This document shows, piece after piece, positions 1 to 12,929 of a stretch of DNA of 64,000 nucleotides. The DNA comes from Rhynchobatus australiae (Eukaryota). A program made the position numbers and the translations under genes. How positions within the stretch are numbered: the first letter of the stretch is position 1; every line of letters begins with the position of its first letter. The notes beneath the pieces are model-generated. The model saw only the letters and a list, made by a program, of their open reading frames with translations. It did no database searches and had not been told where the DNA came from. Location: the NCBI GenBank assembly GCA_034780895.1, contig JAUZTB010000065.1:12991396-13055395 (forward strand). Reading direction: 5' to 3'.

Positions 1-404
1 GCATCTGTGCAAACATGTACGTGTATATGACAATAAAGTGGACTTTGACCATTGCTACCTGAGTTATGCACATTACCTCCTAGTTCTTATGGGCAGTTGT
101 ATGGGCTTTTTGCCTCTACTGTCCTTTCAGGCAATGAATTCTAGATTGTCAACACCTTCTGGATGGAAAATAATACTCATTTTACTTCTAATCTGTTTTA
201 CCCATTACACTAAATCCATATCCTCTCATTATTGACCACCCAGAACATAAGAAGTGTAACAGCTGGGTGGTCACTGCAACCTACTCCACCATTCATGTTG
301 ATCATGGCTGATCTGATGATGGCCTCAGCTCCATTTTCTTCCCAATAATCCTCAACTCCCCTGTAGATCAAAAATCCATTTGCTTTGACTTGGAATATGT
401 TTAA

Positions 405-1149
405 AATTACAGGGGGATCTTGATCAGCTGAGTAAGCGGGCCGTGGAATGGCAATTGGAGTTTAATTTGGATGTGCAAGGACCTTGGAGTACGAGTACGT
501 GGTTCACTGAAAGTGGAGTCACAGGTAGACAGGTTGGTGAAGGCGGCTTTTGGCACGCTGGGCTTCATAAGTCAGGGCACTGAGTATAAAAGTTGGGAGG
601 TCATGGTGCAATTGTACAGGACATTGATGAGGCTGAACTTGGAGTATTGTGTTCAGTTTTTGGTCGCCCTGCTGTAGGAAAGGTGTTACTAAACTGGAAA
701 GAGTGAAGAGAAGATTTACAAGGATGTCGCCACGACTTGAGGGACTGAGTTATAGGGAGAGATTGGACAGGCTAGAATTTTATTCCTTGAAATGAATGAG
801 ACTGAGAGGTGATCTTATAGAGGTATATAAAATCATGAGGGTCAGGATATAAAATCATGACCTCTGAGATAAGGTGAATGCACTCAGTCCTTTTCCCAGG
901 GTTGGGGAATTAAGAACTAGAGGACATAGTTTTAAGGTGAGAGGGAAAAGATTAGCTTCCAGAGGAAGTGGTTGAGGCAGGTACAATAACAAATTTTAAA
1001 AGATATTTGGACAGGTACATGGATAGGAAAGATTTAAATGGTTATGAGTCAAATGCTGGCAAAGGGGACTAGCGTGGATGGGGCACCATGGTCGGCATGG
1101 ACCATCTGGGCCGAAGGGCCTGTTTCCGTGCTGTACAACTCTATGACTC
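405..1149 (+). mobile_element. CR1-clade LINE (HER1-like) 3' fragment, RT C-terminus plus 3' UTR, nested inside an older minus-strand CR1 tail (~242-400 and ~1150-1310)
   Basis: ORF 471..677 KDLGV..LKV..QVDRLVKAAFG.LGFI..LYRTL.R..LEYCVQF is a CR1 RT C-terminal motif. Ends in gggccgaagggcctgtttccgtgctgtacaactctatgactc. Confidence 0.9.
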
Positions 1150-1889
1150 AAGTGTCACAGATCTCCGAGATGGAGAATTTCAAAAATCCATGATCCTACC
1201 AGAGATGAAGTTCTTCCTCGTCTCGATCATAGTTGTAAAACTTCTATTCTGAACCCTTAGTTTCCCCCACTGCTTCTCAACATCTACCTTGTCAAGTCAC
1301 CCTACATTTTAATAAAAGGCACTCTGGCTGATACAGCATCCTGGAACTCTCCTTATGTGCCCTCTCCTGTGTCAGAGCTTGCTTCGTCCTCGCTAATGTT
1401 ACTTCTCATTCTAAGAATACCCTGCCGCCTTAAGTGATTTGGAATGTTTGGGTTCTGGATGATTTGGAAATGCTTTGTGGTCACCTGTGCTTGTGAAGTG
1501 CTACTTCCTCGTGTTTGGGGAATACTGGAGACATACTGCTGGGTCAGGCACCTATAGAAAGAGGGAGTAGAGAAAGCAAGTTAGCAAGTTGGGTCAAAGA
1601 CCGTTTTTCAGATTGGAAGATGTTTATGATTTTGAGGGGCAGGTTGAGGGGGTAACAACCCACACTCCATCCACAGTACAACCAAGCTTTGCCTTCTCCT
1701 TATTCCACTCAGGTAGCAGTTAAAATAACCTGCATACCCTAACAACACATCGCCCATTTCAATAGATGGGAAAGACCGCTTCTGAAGGTGTCTCAACTGT
1801 CCAGCAGAAAGCCATGGGATAAGGCAGGAATGAGGCAGAAAGTCCATTGGACAGAGGGAGTTAAAGTTCCCTTACAAGAATTTACCTCT

Positions 1890-2145
1890 AGTCATCATCA
1901 AATATTCAGCCTCTTATGTGCCTCCATTTTCCATTGATGGCTGGGTTTTTCATTGTCTCATCCCTTAACTCTGGAATTCCCTCCCTAAACTGCCCTATTC
2001 TGCTTTTTTTCTCCTAATTTAATGCAGACCATAAAGCCAATCTTACGGACACTTGTTTTCATACGTGCCTCATTGCCAAGCCTAATGATGAAATGTCTTG
2101 GGACCTGTACTCTGCTGAAGGTGCTAGACAATACAAGCTGTTGTT
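1890..2145 (+). mobile_element. Decayed L2-type LINE 3' end
   Basis: ctctggaattccctccctaaac... and tail aaggtgctagacaatacaagctgttgtt. Related copies at ~16190-16475 (+), ~23400-23740 (-) and ~39880-40130 (-). Confidence 0.5.
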
Positions 2146-2399
2146 CACACAAACCTGCTCCATTTCAGAGGGGTCTGAACATAATATTCATTGCCAGCCA
2201 TTTATTAGGCACATGGTCTGTTTTGATCCACATTGATACACATTATTGATTTCAAACCCCAGCCAAACATCAAATAATGTCCCACTCAGCACCATAAGCT
2301 TATCATCACAAGTAGGAGAATTATGAAAGACCACAATGAAAGATAAAAGAACAAGGAGAAGATCAATCAGAGATCAGCAAAAGATTTAAGCAGGGTTGG

Positions 2400-3015
2400 C
2401 TATATTTCATGCCGGTTGGAGACACAGGGGGTGGCAGTGCAATACATTTGGCTTATATCAATCCACAGAATGCATTTGACAATGTTGCATGAAAAGTTAG
2501 TGGAGAAATTACAGCCTAAGGGGACACAGACAGCATGGATAGAGAGACAGTGTAACAACAGATATTGAACGGGAGACTGTCCCATCCAATTACAGCCTCA
2601 TTAGTTGATAATGACAAACTGGAAGCAGCATCAGTCTGTCAAAAGAAATGAGGGAGGTTAGGGGAAAACGGGTAAGTGGCAGATGCAATTTAACGTTAAA
2701 TGGTACATTTCCTACTACAATGCAGAAACATAAAATCCTTAAAAATAATTTCAGAGCCAAAGGAAAACTATGTAGAATGCAAAGGCAGAGAGTTCATGAT
2801 GACCCTATACAAAGTCACCTTTAGCTCACATCTGGAGTACTGTTCACCGTTTGGGTCCTTCACTGGAAGAAGTGATAGATTAACCTTTGAGAGGAAGGAC
2901 AAAACAGTTACCGGGAGATGACTGGGTACAAGGGGTCAGAGTTATGAGAAAAGGCTTGAATATACAAAGGTTGCATTCTCTCAAACTAGGACTGGGGATT
3001 TTTGGTAGATGTGTT
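2400..3015 (+). mobile_element. Old CR1 LINE RT remnant
   Basis: ORF 2700..2921 contains MMTLYK...HLEYCSPF, a degenerate LYK.LVRPHLEYC motif. Confidence 0.7.
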
Positions 3016-4089
3016 CAAAGGAATAAAAAGAAAATGCAGTAAGCAAGTTCCATTGGCAAATCAAAAGATAAAGCTGTCATCTTTCTCAGAAGATTAATTA
3101 TTAAATATTTGCTGGCCTTTTGATTTTGATTTGCAAACCGGTGGTTGAATTGATTTGACTTCTTGTAATTAAATGTGAAAAAATAATAACTGCAACAATC
3201 CCTGCATGCTAACACGAGAATAGATCATCATACTCCCTCAAGGCACTGAGTCACTTACAGTGCCTGTAATACGTGTGAGCTTCTCATTCATCCAAAGAAC
3301 CCTGGCATTAAGGACTTGTGCTGAAAGTGATCTGGTTAGTTGCAGCATCCCTGTCATAGCAGATGAGTGCAAATCTCTAGCAAGCTGGACAATACATGGC
3401 CAGGAACTTTCCATTTATAACCCTGCACATCAGTCCTGGAGCTTGCCCAATCCACAAAAGCATTCGAGCTGCATATTATGAGGCTTTGTTTAAAACTAAA
3501 TGAGCACAACAGGCCAATTAATCATGGCAACGCTTTGACAAATAAGGGTTAACAGGCATCTGTCAAACCCAACACTTGTGGGAAAAGTACAGCATAAATA
3601 TAGGGCAGTAAATTGTTTCTAAATACAGATGACCCTAGTTCGCATCACCCCTGGCTGAAAGGCATCAGCTGTCACGTGATGAAACTGCATTTGTATATCA
3701 AAGGCAAAGACTTGCTTCTCATTTCTTATGCCTTTTGTTGTTCCTTGTCCCAATTTCACTTTTTTCAGTAATGCCAGATCTGGCAAATATCTAACACAGG
3801 AATAGGAATGACCTAAGTTCTGTGATGTCTTCAGCTTTCCTTGTCTTCAAAATCACTTCCACTCTTTTCTTTGACTAGCTGCAATCCATTTACATCCACT
3901 TTTAGACAAGGTGAACTACTTCTCTCTGTAGCGACACAACTTGCTTCTATTGAATTTTACATTGTGTTCGTGTAGCCACATGAACTTTGCCTAATATTTG
4001 AAGGTTTTCTTCTTTGTGCTATTAGAACACCATTTTGTTTGCACAGATGATAATCTATACTTTGTAGTATCGCATTACATATTTAATCT

Positions 4090-4535
4090 CCCTGTATCCA
4101 GCCTGTCGAGCCCTGTCACAGTTTTGTAGGTTTCAATTAGATGGCCTCTCATTCTTCTAAGCTCTAGTGAATACAGGCCAAGTCGATCCAATCTCTCCTC
4201 ATACAACAGACCCACCACCCCAGTCATCAGCCTGATGAACCTTTGTGATACTCACTCAATGACAAGTATATCCTTTCTTAGGTAAGGAGTCAAAAAGTGC
4301 AATAATACTCCAGGTGTGGTCTTACCAAGGTCCTGTATAACTGTAAAAAGACATCCTTGGCCCTGTATTAAAATACTCTTGGAATGAGGGCCAAGATATC
4401 ATTTGCCTTCCTAACCATTTGCTGCATGTTTGCTTTTAGTGACTGAGTGTACAAAGACACCCGGATTCCTTTGTACATTAATGTTCTCAGTCTATCACTA
4501 TTAAAATAATACTCTGCTGCTTTCTTTTTTCCTAC
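4090..4535 (-). mobile_element. CR1 LINE RT C-terminal remnant
   Basis: The reverse complement of atactccaggtgtggtcttaccaaggtcctgtataa reads LYRTLVRPHLEY. Confidence 0.8.
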
Positions 4536-4724
4536 TGAGACATAAACTTATTGGCAAAAGAACTAGTAGCAGGATGAAGACTATTTTTTTAAAATATACA
4601 CATTGTGAGGTGAGACCTACAAACCATTGCCTAAAATACTGGTAACAGCAAAAACAGCAACGAATTGGACGCTTGAAGACTGCAGGACTGTGGAAAAAAA
4701 AGAGCGAACTGGATAGCCACGACC

Positions 4725-5148
4725 AAGTTGAACATTAAATTCTCCCACTTTAAGTACCCTCCCCACAATGTTTCTTCTCTTCTTCCCTTTCCTAGCCTCT
4801 TTTTCTTTCTACTTTTTTTCCTTTATCTCCTTACCTTTGACCCATCCCCCAGTGGATCTGCTCTCCCCTCCTCCCCCACACCTGCCTATCATTATCTCTT
4901 ACCTGCATCGCCCTATCACCACCTTGTGCTCACCCCGCCTCCCATCTTCTGTCCACCTGTCACTGCTCTGCTTTTCCCTCCTATATACTGAGCTTCCCCT
5001 TTTCCTATCTTCAGTCCTGAAGAAGGGTCCTGACCCGAAACATTGACTGCCTGCTTTTCTCCAGAATGTTGCCTGGCCTGCTGAGTTCCTCCAATATCAT
5101 TGTGTTTTTCATCTAGATTCCAGCATTTGCAATCCTTTGCTTCTCTAG
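4725..5148 (+). mobile_element. Penelope-like element 3' end / pseudo-LTR containing a hammerhead motif
   Basis: Starts with the ORF-end remnant LNIKFSHFK, then a pyrimidine-rich spacer, then cagtcCTGAAGAagggtcctgacccGAAAcattgactg and the tail gcctggcctgctgagttcctcca...gattccagcatttgca shared with other copies in the window. Confidence 0.75.
5012..5049 (+). ncRNA. Minimal type-I hammerhead ribozyme motif (probably degenerate)
   Basis: Helix I CAGTC(5012-16)/GACTG(5045-49); core CTGAAGA; helix II GGGTC/GACCC; GAAA-C-ATT. Confidence 0.65.
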
Positions 5149-7269
5149 CCACATCCAAGAAATGAGGATGGGTTATCCTGATCGATACCAAATAATTAAT
5201 GATTTATCTCACTGCTGTGCACAAAAAGATGTTGTGTACATACTTACCCACCTAACAGCAGAAAGAAAACTTCAAGCTTAATTCACTGGTTGAGGATTGC
5301 CTTAGGTTGCTTGAGCCCATGACAGGTACAACACAAATACAAGGAGCCAGAAGTTGCTCCGTGTCAGGACAGGTGGTTAAACCAATGATCAGAAATGTTT
5401 TATTATGTGCTGGGCCCAAGGTGTTGTGCGCAAGAGACTGGGCCTTACTCTGTTAAATGCACAAGTAATATCCACTTGCTTGCTTCATAATTAGGGCGCA
5501 AACATGGATAAATCTCAGGTGGCGGACTGCAGGGGAAGGGGGGGGGGTCATGTTTATGAGCCCTGAAATAGAAGGTTAAGACTGGGGAATTAACATGGGG
5601 GACAGAAGTTGTGATTAGTTGGGGGGGGTACAGGAGTCATGATCAGGTAATGGGGTGGAGAAGGGATCAGGTTTGCAATTAAGCCAGGGTCCAGTTGTGG
5701 GAGAGCTGTGGCAAAAGACAACCAAAATGGGGGGATCCATAAGCTGGACTCCTCAGGCTTGGTCAGAGAGATCCCCTTCACGAGATACTGAATCAGGCCT
5801 CAGGTGCCAGTCACTCAGACAAATGAATTTTGTGGAAGTGGGGTCATATTCGCAGAGGACCTGGAATCAAGCTGACTACTGCAACCTCACAAGATAGTGA
5901 ACAAGAATGCTGAGCTAAATGATCAGATTTCAAGGTTAAGTTCTTCCTTTCACCGTAAAGTGTGGTGGAAAGCGGGGTGTGTAGCAGGAGGAGGTGTTTT
6001 ATTCCGTTTTAAACTTAAAAAACTTTATTCTTAATAATCTCTCAAATCAGAGTGTGCTATTACAAGATGCACTGCTGTAGTTCTGCAAGACTTTCTCTGC
6101 AGCACCACCACCACCAAGGATAAGGGCACAGGCACAGGGCAGCACCATTATCTTCAAATCACATCCTACCTCAATGCCTCACCCTGCCTTTATTAACACT
6201 GTGTCAAGAATATGGAGCTCCCTACCTTATAACACTGTGGCACCATCTTCACTTTGTGAAATGAAAGAGTTAAAGTGACTCACCACCATCCTCCCAAGGG
6301 CAAATAGTGATTGGTAATAGCCGGCCTTGCTTGTGGCACCCACATCAGTAGATGAACAATTTTAAAAAAACACAGCATCAATCCTTTCCAACAACTGAGG
6401 ACATCGGACATGAATCTTCAGCAAGGATAATTTGCCGAATAACATTCACAGTCCAAAAGAAGATTTAAGATCTCTGCCTCCTTTCTTGAAAGCACTTAAC
6501 ATTTAGCGAGCGTTTACAAAAAAAATTATTCCATTCCCTGATGAGTGAACCGAAGGGACATTTTTCTTTTAGCCCTGACATGTATTTGAGGTAAGCATGT
6601 GGTCTGGAGAAGAGTCGATCAGCGGCTGTAAATGAACAGTACATTATGAAGACCCAGGGGATATAATTTATACCCCACAAGTGAACTGACCGGATAACTC
6701 ATGACCACTGAAGCTGTGAGAGACTTACAGTTGGAGCCATGAGGAATATAAATCACATCCCAAGGGACTTCATAATGTATTCTATTTTACCATATTAATT
6801 TTTTAACATCTGCTATATAGATTGTTGTTTTACTGGAACTCTTACTCCTTTGCAAATTGGTTCCNNNNNNNNNNNNNNNNNNNNNNNNNNNNNNNNNNNN
6901 NNNNNNNNNNNNNNNNNNNNNNNNNNNNNNNNNNNNNNNNNNNNNNNNNNNNNNNNNNNNNNNNTGGTTCCAGTACAGCTGGAAGAATTGCAAGTACTGA
7001 TCACTCAATGGTTCCTGTCACAGTGAGTACTTATCAACCTAAGGTTCTCCTGCAATATGAGCACAGATCTGTTAATGTTTCTCTGCAATGCAAGCACTGA
7101 TTGGTCTACAGGTCCCCTGTATTTTCGGTATTGATCTGTAATGGTTCTCCTGTAAAATAAAGGCTGATTATTCTAAGGTTCTCCTGCAAAGCAGTAAGAG
7201 AAGCGATCCACTTATGCTTTCCCCACAACAATGTACTGATCTGTTTTACTCCCCTGCAAAGCAAGCATT

Positions 7270-8190
7270 TAACATTGGAAACAGGAGCAGGAGTAGTCTA
7301 TCTGGCCCCTTGAGCGTGCTCCACCATTCAGCAGTATCATTTTGATCCGCAAGTTACTTTCCCAATCCCTTAATTCCCTTTGTGTCCAAAAATGTATTAA
7401 CCTCAGCCTTGAATATACTCAATAACTGAGCATTTTCTGACATAGAAAATTCCAAAGATTTAAAATCTGTAATAAAATTGGCCATCTCATACAAGATACC
7501 GCCTAAAACGAGGAGTCTCCAGCAGGTGAAACAATTCATCTGTACCCACCTAGTCAAAATTACATATTTCAATGAGGTAAACCTCATTCTTCTGAAATGC
7601 AGAGGTTGTAAGCACATCCTATTTGGTTTCTCCTCATTTGAAAACCCCCCCCAATCCGAGGAATCAATCCAGTGAGACTTCACTGTATGCCTCCTAGGCA
7701 AATATTTCCATTTTCAGGCACAAAGATCAAAATTGCATACAGTGCTCCGCATGTAGTCACACCAGAGCCATGTACAAGTGCAGAAAGTCTTCCTTGTTCT
7801 TGGACTTCAATTATGTTGTAACATACACACCCATTGTTATCCCTACAGCTTGCTACACCTTCATGGTAACTGAGTGAAAGGACATTCTAACTCCTCCATA
7901 GCTTGTCACTATCTTAAAAAGTAATGTTTCTTCATTACTTCCTGAGTTAGTAATGATATTTGCCAAGCTTATACTTCATCTGTTGTCTTCTAGTTGACTC
8001 ACCTATAATACTTTGCACACATTTTGTGTCCTCCTCAGTTCACTTTTCTACATAGCTTTGTGCTGCCAACAAACTCATTTAAGTCTTTATATTATAACTG
8101 GCTGAGGCTTCATCACTCATCATTGTGACGCCAACACCCCACCCCACCAACCTATTAATCTGAAAAAGATGTTTTTAATCACTGCTCATT
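7270..8190 (-). mobile_element. Old CR1 LINE fragment, interrupted by a Rex-Babar insertion and resuming at ~8940-9170
   Basis: Minus-strand CR1 3' UTR (ggaaacaggagcaggagtag...ccaccattca on plus) and FKAEVNTFLDTKGIKG (ORF 7354..7701). Confidence 0.7.
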
Positions 8191-8199
8191 AATTTCAGG

Positions 8200-8937
8200 A
8201 AGGTGTGCAGAGTACACACCCATCTGTACCAGCTGTGCTGAGGTGGAGATAATTGATAGCTTCATGTTCCTAGATGTAGGTATCACCAATAATTTGTCCT
8301 GATCCAGCCAGGACGCTGTGGTCAAGAAAGTGCACCAATGCCTCTACTTCCTCAGAAGTCTAAGGAAATTCAGCATGCTTCCACTGACCCTCAATTTTTT
8401 TTACAGGTGCACCATAGAAAGCATCCTATCTGATGTATCACGGCTCTGCCAAAGACCGTAAGAAATTTCAGAGTCGTGAATGCAGCCCAGTCCNNNNNNN
8501 NCACAAACCACCCTCCCCTCCACTGACTCTACACTTCCTGCTGCCTTAGGAAAGCAGCCAACGTAATCAACGACCTCTCGCACCCCGGTCATTCTCCCTT
8601 CTCCCCCCCCTCCAATTGGGCAGAAGATACAAAAGCTTGAGAACACGTACCACCAGGCTCAAGGACAGCTTCTATCCTGCTGTTATCAGTCTCTTGAACG
8701 GACTTTTTATATGATAAAGATGAACTCTTGATCGTTCAATCTACCTCATCATGGTCCTTGCACCTTATTTGTCTACCTGTGCCGCACTTTCTCTGTAACA
8801 CTATAGTCTGCATTCTGTTTTTCCTCCTTTTATACTACCTCAATGTACTTATGGATGGAGTGATCTGTCTGGGTGGCATGCAAGCAAAAGCTCTCACTGT
8901 ATCTTGGTACGTGACAAAAATAAACTAATTACCAATT
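8200..8937 (+). mobile_element. Rex1/Babar-clade LINE 3' fragment
   Basis: Broken frames read KKVHQCLYFLRSLRKFSM...FYRCTIESIL...RTTRLKDSFYPAVI, typical of the Rex-Babar RT C-terminus. Ends aaataaactaattaccaatt. Confidence 0.8.
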
Positions 8938-9296
8938 AGCATTTTCTGAGCAGTCCCTCTATCCAAGCTAATACATTACCCACACAAGTAGCTTTCCAGA
9001 TGTCACATTGTAAGATGATTTCTAAAAATTGCACTTATTGCCTATGAATCTACTGTATAGCAATATACACATTTAGTAAGTAGAAATTCCCTTTCATGTT
9101 GACTGACTAATCATATTATGAATTGATACTATCACTTCTCTAATATTGGATGACATCATTTTTCACTGTTCATGATTGCAATGTTGTGAGTACAGATCTG
9201 TCTATAGTTAACTGGTAAAGCAGGTACTGATCAATTGGGATAATTTAATGTTTGCGTTTTGAACATTGTTTGAAAATGAAATTCTTTGCACTTCAT

Positions 9297-9640
9297 ATAA
9301 TAGAATACAAACTTGCATTTCCCTCTTACTAGCCAGAAGCCTGGTTGATATNNNNNNNNNNNNNNNNNNNNNNNNNNNNNNNNNNNNNNNNNNNNNNNNN
9401 NNNNNNNNNNNNNNNNNNNNNNNNNNNNNNNNNNNNNNNNNNNNNNNNNNNNNNNNNNNNNNNNNNNNNNNNNNNNNNNNNNNNNNNNNNNNNNNNNNNN
9501 NNNNNNNNNNNNNNNNNNNNNNNNNNNNNTGAAGCCAGCTCCTTAATAGCACATTCCACTGCATCAGGATGGAGTGGAATCAAAGATATCAACCAGGCTT
9601 CTGGCTAGTAAGAGGGAAATGCAAGTTTGTATTCTATTAT
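9297..9640. repeat. Perfect 55-bp inverted repeat (9297-9351 / 9586-9640) flanking an assembly gap
   Basis: ataatagaatacaaacttgcatttccctcttactagccagaagcctggttgatat is the exact reverse complement of 9586-9640. Confidence 0.9.
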
Positions 9641-9649
9641 TTCCTTTTA

Positions 9650-9975
9650 ACATATGAGGCCCTTCACCCACCCAGTCTATGGTGGTTTTCTGAGTATTCC
9701 CATCAGTCCCATTCCCTCAATTATATCCTTGCAACCCATTCTGTCTCACATTCCCATCAACACCCTGTGATTTTCCTTCCACGCACTTACGCTAGGGGTA
9801 ACTTACACTAGGTAATTAACCTAGCAGTTAGCACATCTTTGGCTGGTGGGGGGAAAGTGGAGCTATGGTGGAAACAGGGAGAATGTACAAACTCCACACA
9901 GACAGCACCAAAGGTCAGGATTGAACATTGATCCCTGGGGCTGTGTAGCAACAGCAATAAGTGCTGTGCCACTAT
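9650..9975 (-). mobile_element. V-SINE (HE1-like) tRNA-derived SINE
   Basis: Minus strand has a tRNA-like head (gtggcacagc...gttcaatcctgacc) followed by the V-domain ggtgctgtctgtgtggagtttgtacattctccctg. Confidence 0.8.
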
Positions 9976-12929
9976 TCCTGATAAATATTGCAAGAAAATT
10001 GCAAGAGGGAGAAATGGATAGGGTAATTTTAACCAAACTTGCTATAAGGGGAACTTAGAGGATTTATATGGAGTGCAGGTTTAAACACCCCACTCCATCC
10101 CAACATTGACTTCAATGAAGTGTAACTTGATGTGGAGTGTAATCTTGGCGAGCAACTTTAGCAGTAAGAGGTTTGGGGAATGTTTTGGCTTAAAGCAGAA
10201 AGTAGGGACTGCAAGTTCAACATAAATTTTTAAGGTCAAATGGGTAAATAACAACACTTCAGAATAACAAAAGTTCGGAGTATGGGGTAGTAACAGGAGC
10301 GAAGGAAATGTGTAAGGTACGCAATGTTACCTCACCGATCTGCAAGGTATCAGGAGTTCCTTAAAAGGTAATACTCTCAGTACCATGCACACAATGGTAA
10401 TGCCTGGTAGTGAGAGTGTGGCTGAAAAAAATGAGAGAAGCTTTATGCATCTGAAGTGGAAATGTCAAATAAAATAGTGCAGGAATGGCAAAGGACAGCA
10501 GGTGTAGCAAGCTAATGTGTCCAAGGATATGATCACAGAATGGAATTATGATTTAAATAAAGAAATTCAGAACATGGATGCATCCAATTTCAAAATATCA
10601 AAGAAACTTGTGGAAAGGGGCATTACAGAGTGNNNNNNNNNNNNNNNNNNNNNNNNNNNNNNNNNNNNNNNNNNNNNNNNNNNNNNNNNNNNNNNNNNNN
10701 NNNNNNNNNNNNNNNNNNNNNNNNNNNNNNNNNNNNNNNNNNNNNNNNNNNNNNNNNNNNNNNNNNNNNNNNNNNNNNNNNNNNNNNNNNNNNNNNNNNN
10801 NNNNNNNNNNNNNNNNNNNNNNNNNNNNNNNNNNNNNNNNAATTGGAACAGATGTAGTTGTTACAGATGAGTTCAAGTTACCAAGGATGGATTGGGCAAT
10901 ATTCAGGGGCAATAGGAACAAAATATGGCTTTGAGTATGGTATCATATTGTTAATCAGCCCACAGGATTTGGTCATTTGTAGATGATACTAATTTCCTTT
11001 GGGATCCTGAATTCAAATCAATAATACAAATTGGACAGAATCCCAATGCCATCTGTTTCAGGGCCATCGCCATGCGTGTCTTACCCGGCATTTAATTCCT
11101 TACCCATGCCTGCCAAAGAGCAGTTTGAAGCTCACAAGCACCTTTCCACAATGAAACAATAAATTTAAATAGTAAGACAAACATTGAGAGACTTGCAATT
11201 CAACTGAATCCAAACTAAATCTGTGTTAGTAAAACACAGGAATCTGAATTGTTGATCAATAAATGACCAGATAATCTGTGTTAGTAACTTTGGTTAAAGG
11301 ACAATGTTGGCCATTTCATTGGGAAGTATACGTGTTTTTTTAAAATACTGCCAATGGATTTTTGACATTGACTTGATTACAAAAAGAGAAAAATAAAGTA
11401 ATACAGCAGGGGGGGGACAAAAGGGAAACACAACCAAGATAATGTAATAATGCAAGACTTAAATGCACAAAGAGGAAATATGTAAAGTGGTAATAAGAGA
11501 TAAAACAAAAAATATAAGAATCAAAATGACAACATAACCACATCTGAAAATGGAGCATTAATCCAGATTTTGGGTTCAAAAATCTGAAGTGGATCTTAAA
11601 AAAGATGCAAGTCCCTGACTTAAAGAATGCCACCAACTAAACTATGGCAGACAATATTTAAATTAGTTTCAACTTTCCAATGCAGTTCACTGCAAGGAAA
11701 AAAAAAGGCAGATTTGAAAAGGGGAAAAGTATTGGATGATGGATCCAGAATATGTGAACAGAGTTGGAGATGAGGTGGGTCACAAAATAATTCAGAACAA
11801 TCGTGCTATTTTACAGCAAACAAGGCACGCATGCACTACACCAGAATCTACTATAAGGCTCCAGATAAAAGCTGGATTATTTCTTGAGAAAAAGAGCATA
11901 TTTGCATTATTCACATTCATTATTTTTCCACAAAGTGCAAGCAACATCATGCAAATTACATTCAAAGAATTGATCCCAGTCANNNNNNNNNNNNNNNNNN
12001 NNNNNNNNNNNNNNNNNNNNNNNNNNNNNNNNNNNNNNNNNNNNNNNNNNNNNNNNNNNNNNNNNNNNNNNNNNNNNNNNNNCCGATCTCAAACCATCCA
12101 CACACCCTTGATCTTTTTAGTCACTCTGGATAATTAAAAAAAAATCTAATCCCCAGTACATGTCTGTAACAAATAAGAGAGTTAATTTTAACCACTCCTC
12201 ACAACCCCAGGTACGGGAAAAGAAAAAGCACAGGAAATCCAACCCAAGCACAACTTGCCTACCTCAAGTTTCAACAAAGGCAGATTTTCTTTTGGGTGGG
12301 GCAAAAGAAGAGGGTATGGAGACAGGGAGCACATGACTAATCTGTTCTCAGGAAGGAAGTCGGTCACTAAATCTATTAAGAAAGATGCATTTCTATGTTT
12401 CAACTCAAGTTATCTTTAACATCTGCAGAGCAAGCTTCCCAATTTCAGGAAGCCTGGTGAATGACAATACGCACAAGGGTCCAGGTTAATGATTTGGGTG
12501 GCATATTGCATCACCCCTGAGCCAGATGGCACAGAAAAGCTTCCCTACAATAACCAAGCTCATCTTTTAGGCTACCCATGACAGTACTTCCACTTTTAGC
12601 TGATCCCTCCCCAAACACCCTCAGATGCTCCCTGGCTCTTTCAATTGATGCCAGCCTGCCAGTTATTTTTAGGTGGGAAACCTATATTGCCAATGTTTTA
12701 GCAGCAAGGCACTGCCATTAAACTGCCACGCGAGGAGCCTTTAACTTCTGTGTTTTCTCTCTAAACATCTTCACCAACCCCTCTTGCCTCAAATTTAAAT
12801 TATTACTAAACCGTAGGAATCTAGAAATAAATAAATACAAAACCTTGCAAAAAAAAGCGTGTTCATTGCTTTCTAATAGGCTGTTATGGGGGAACATTTG
12901 TATTTTGGAAAGAAAATTTTAAAAATGCG

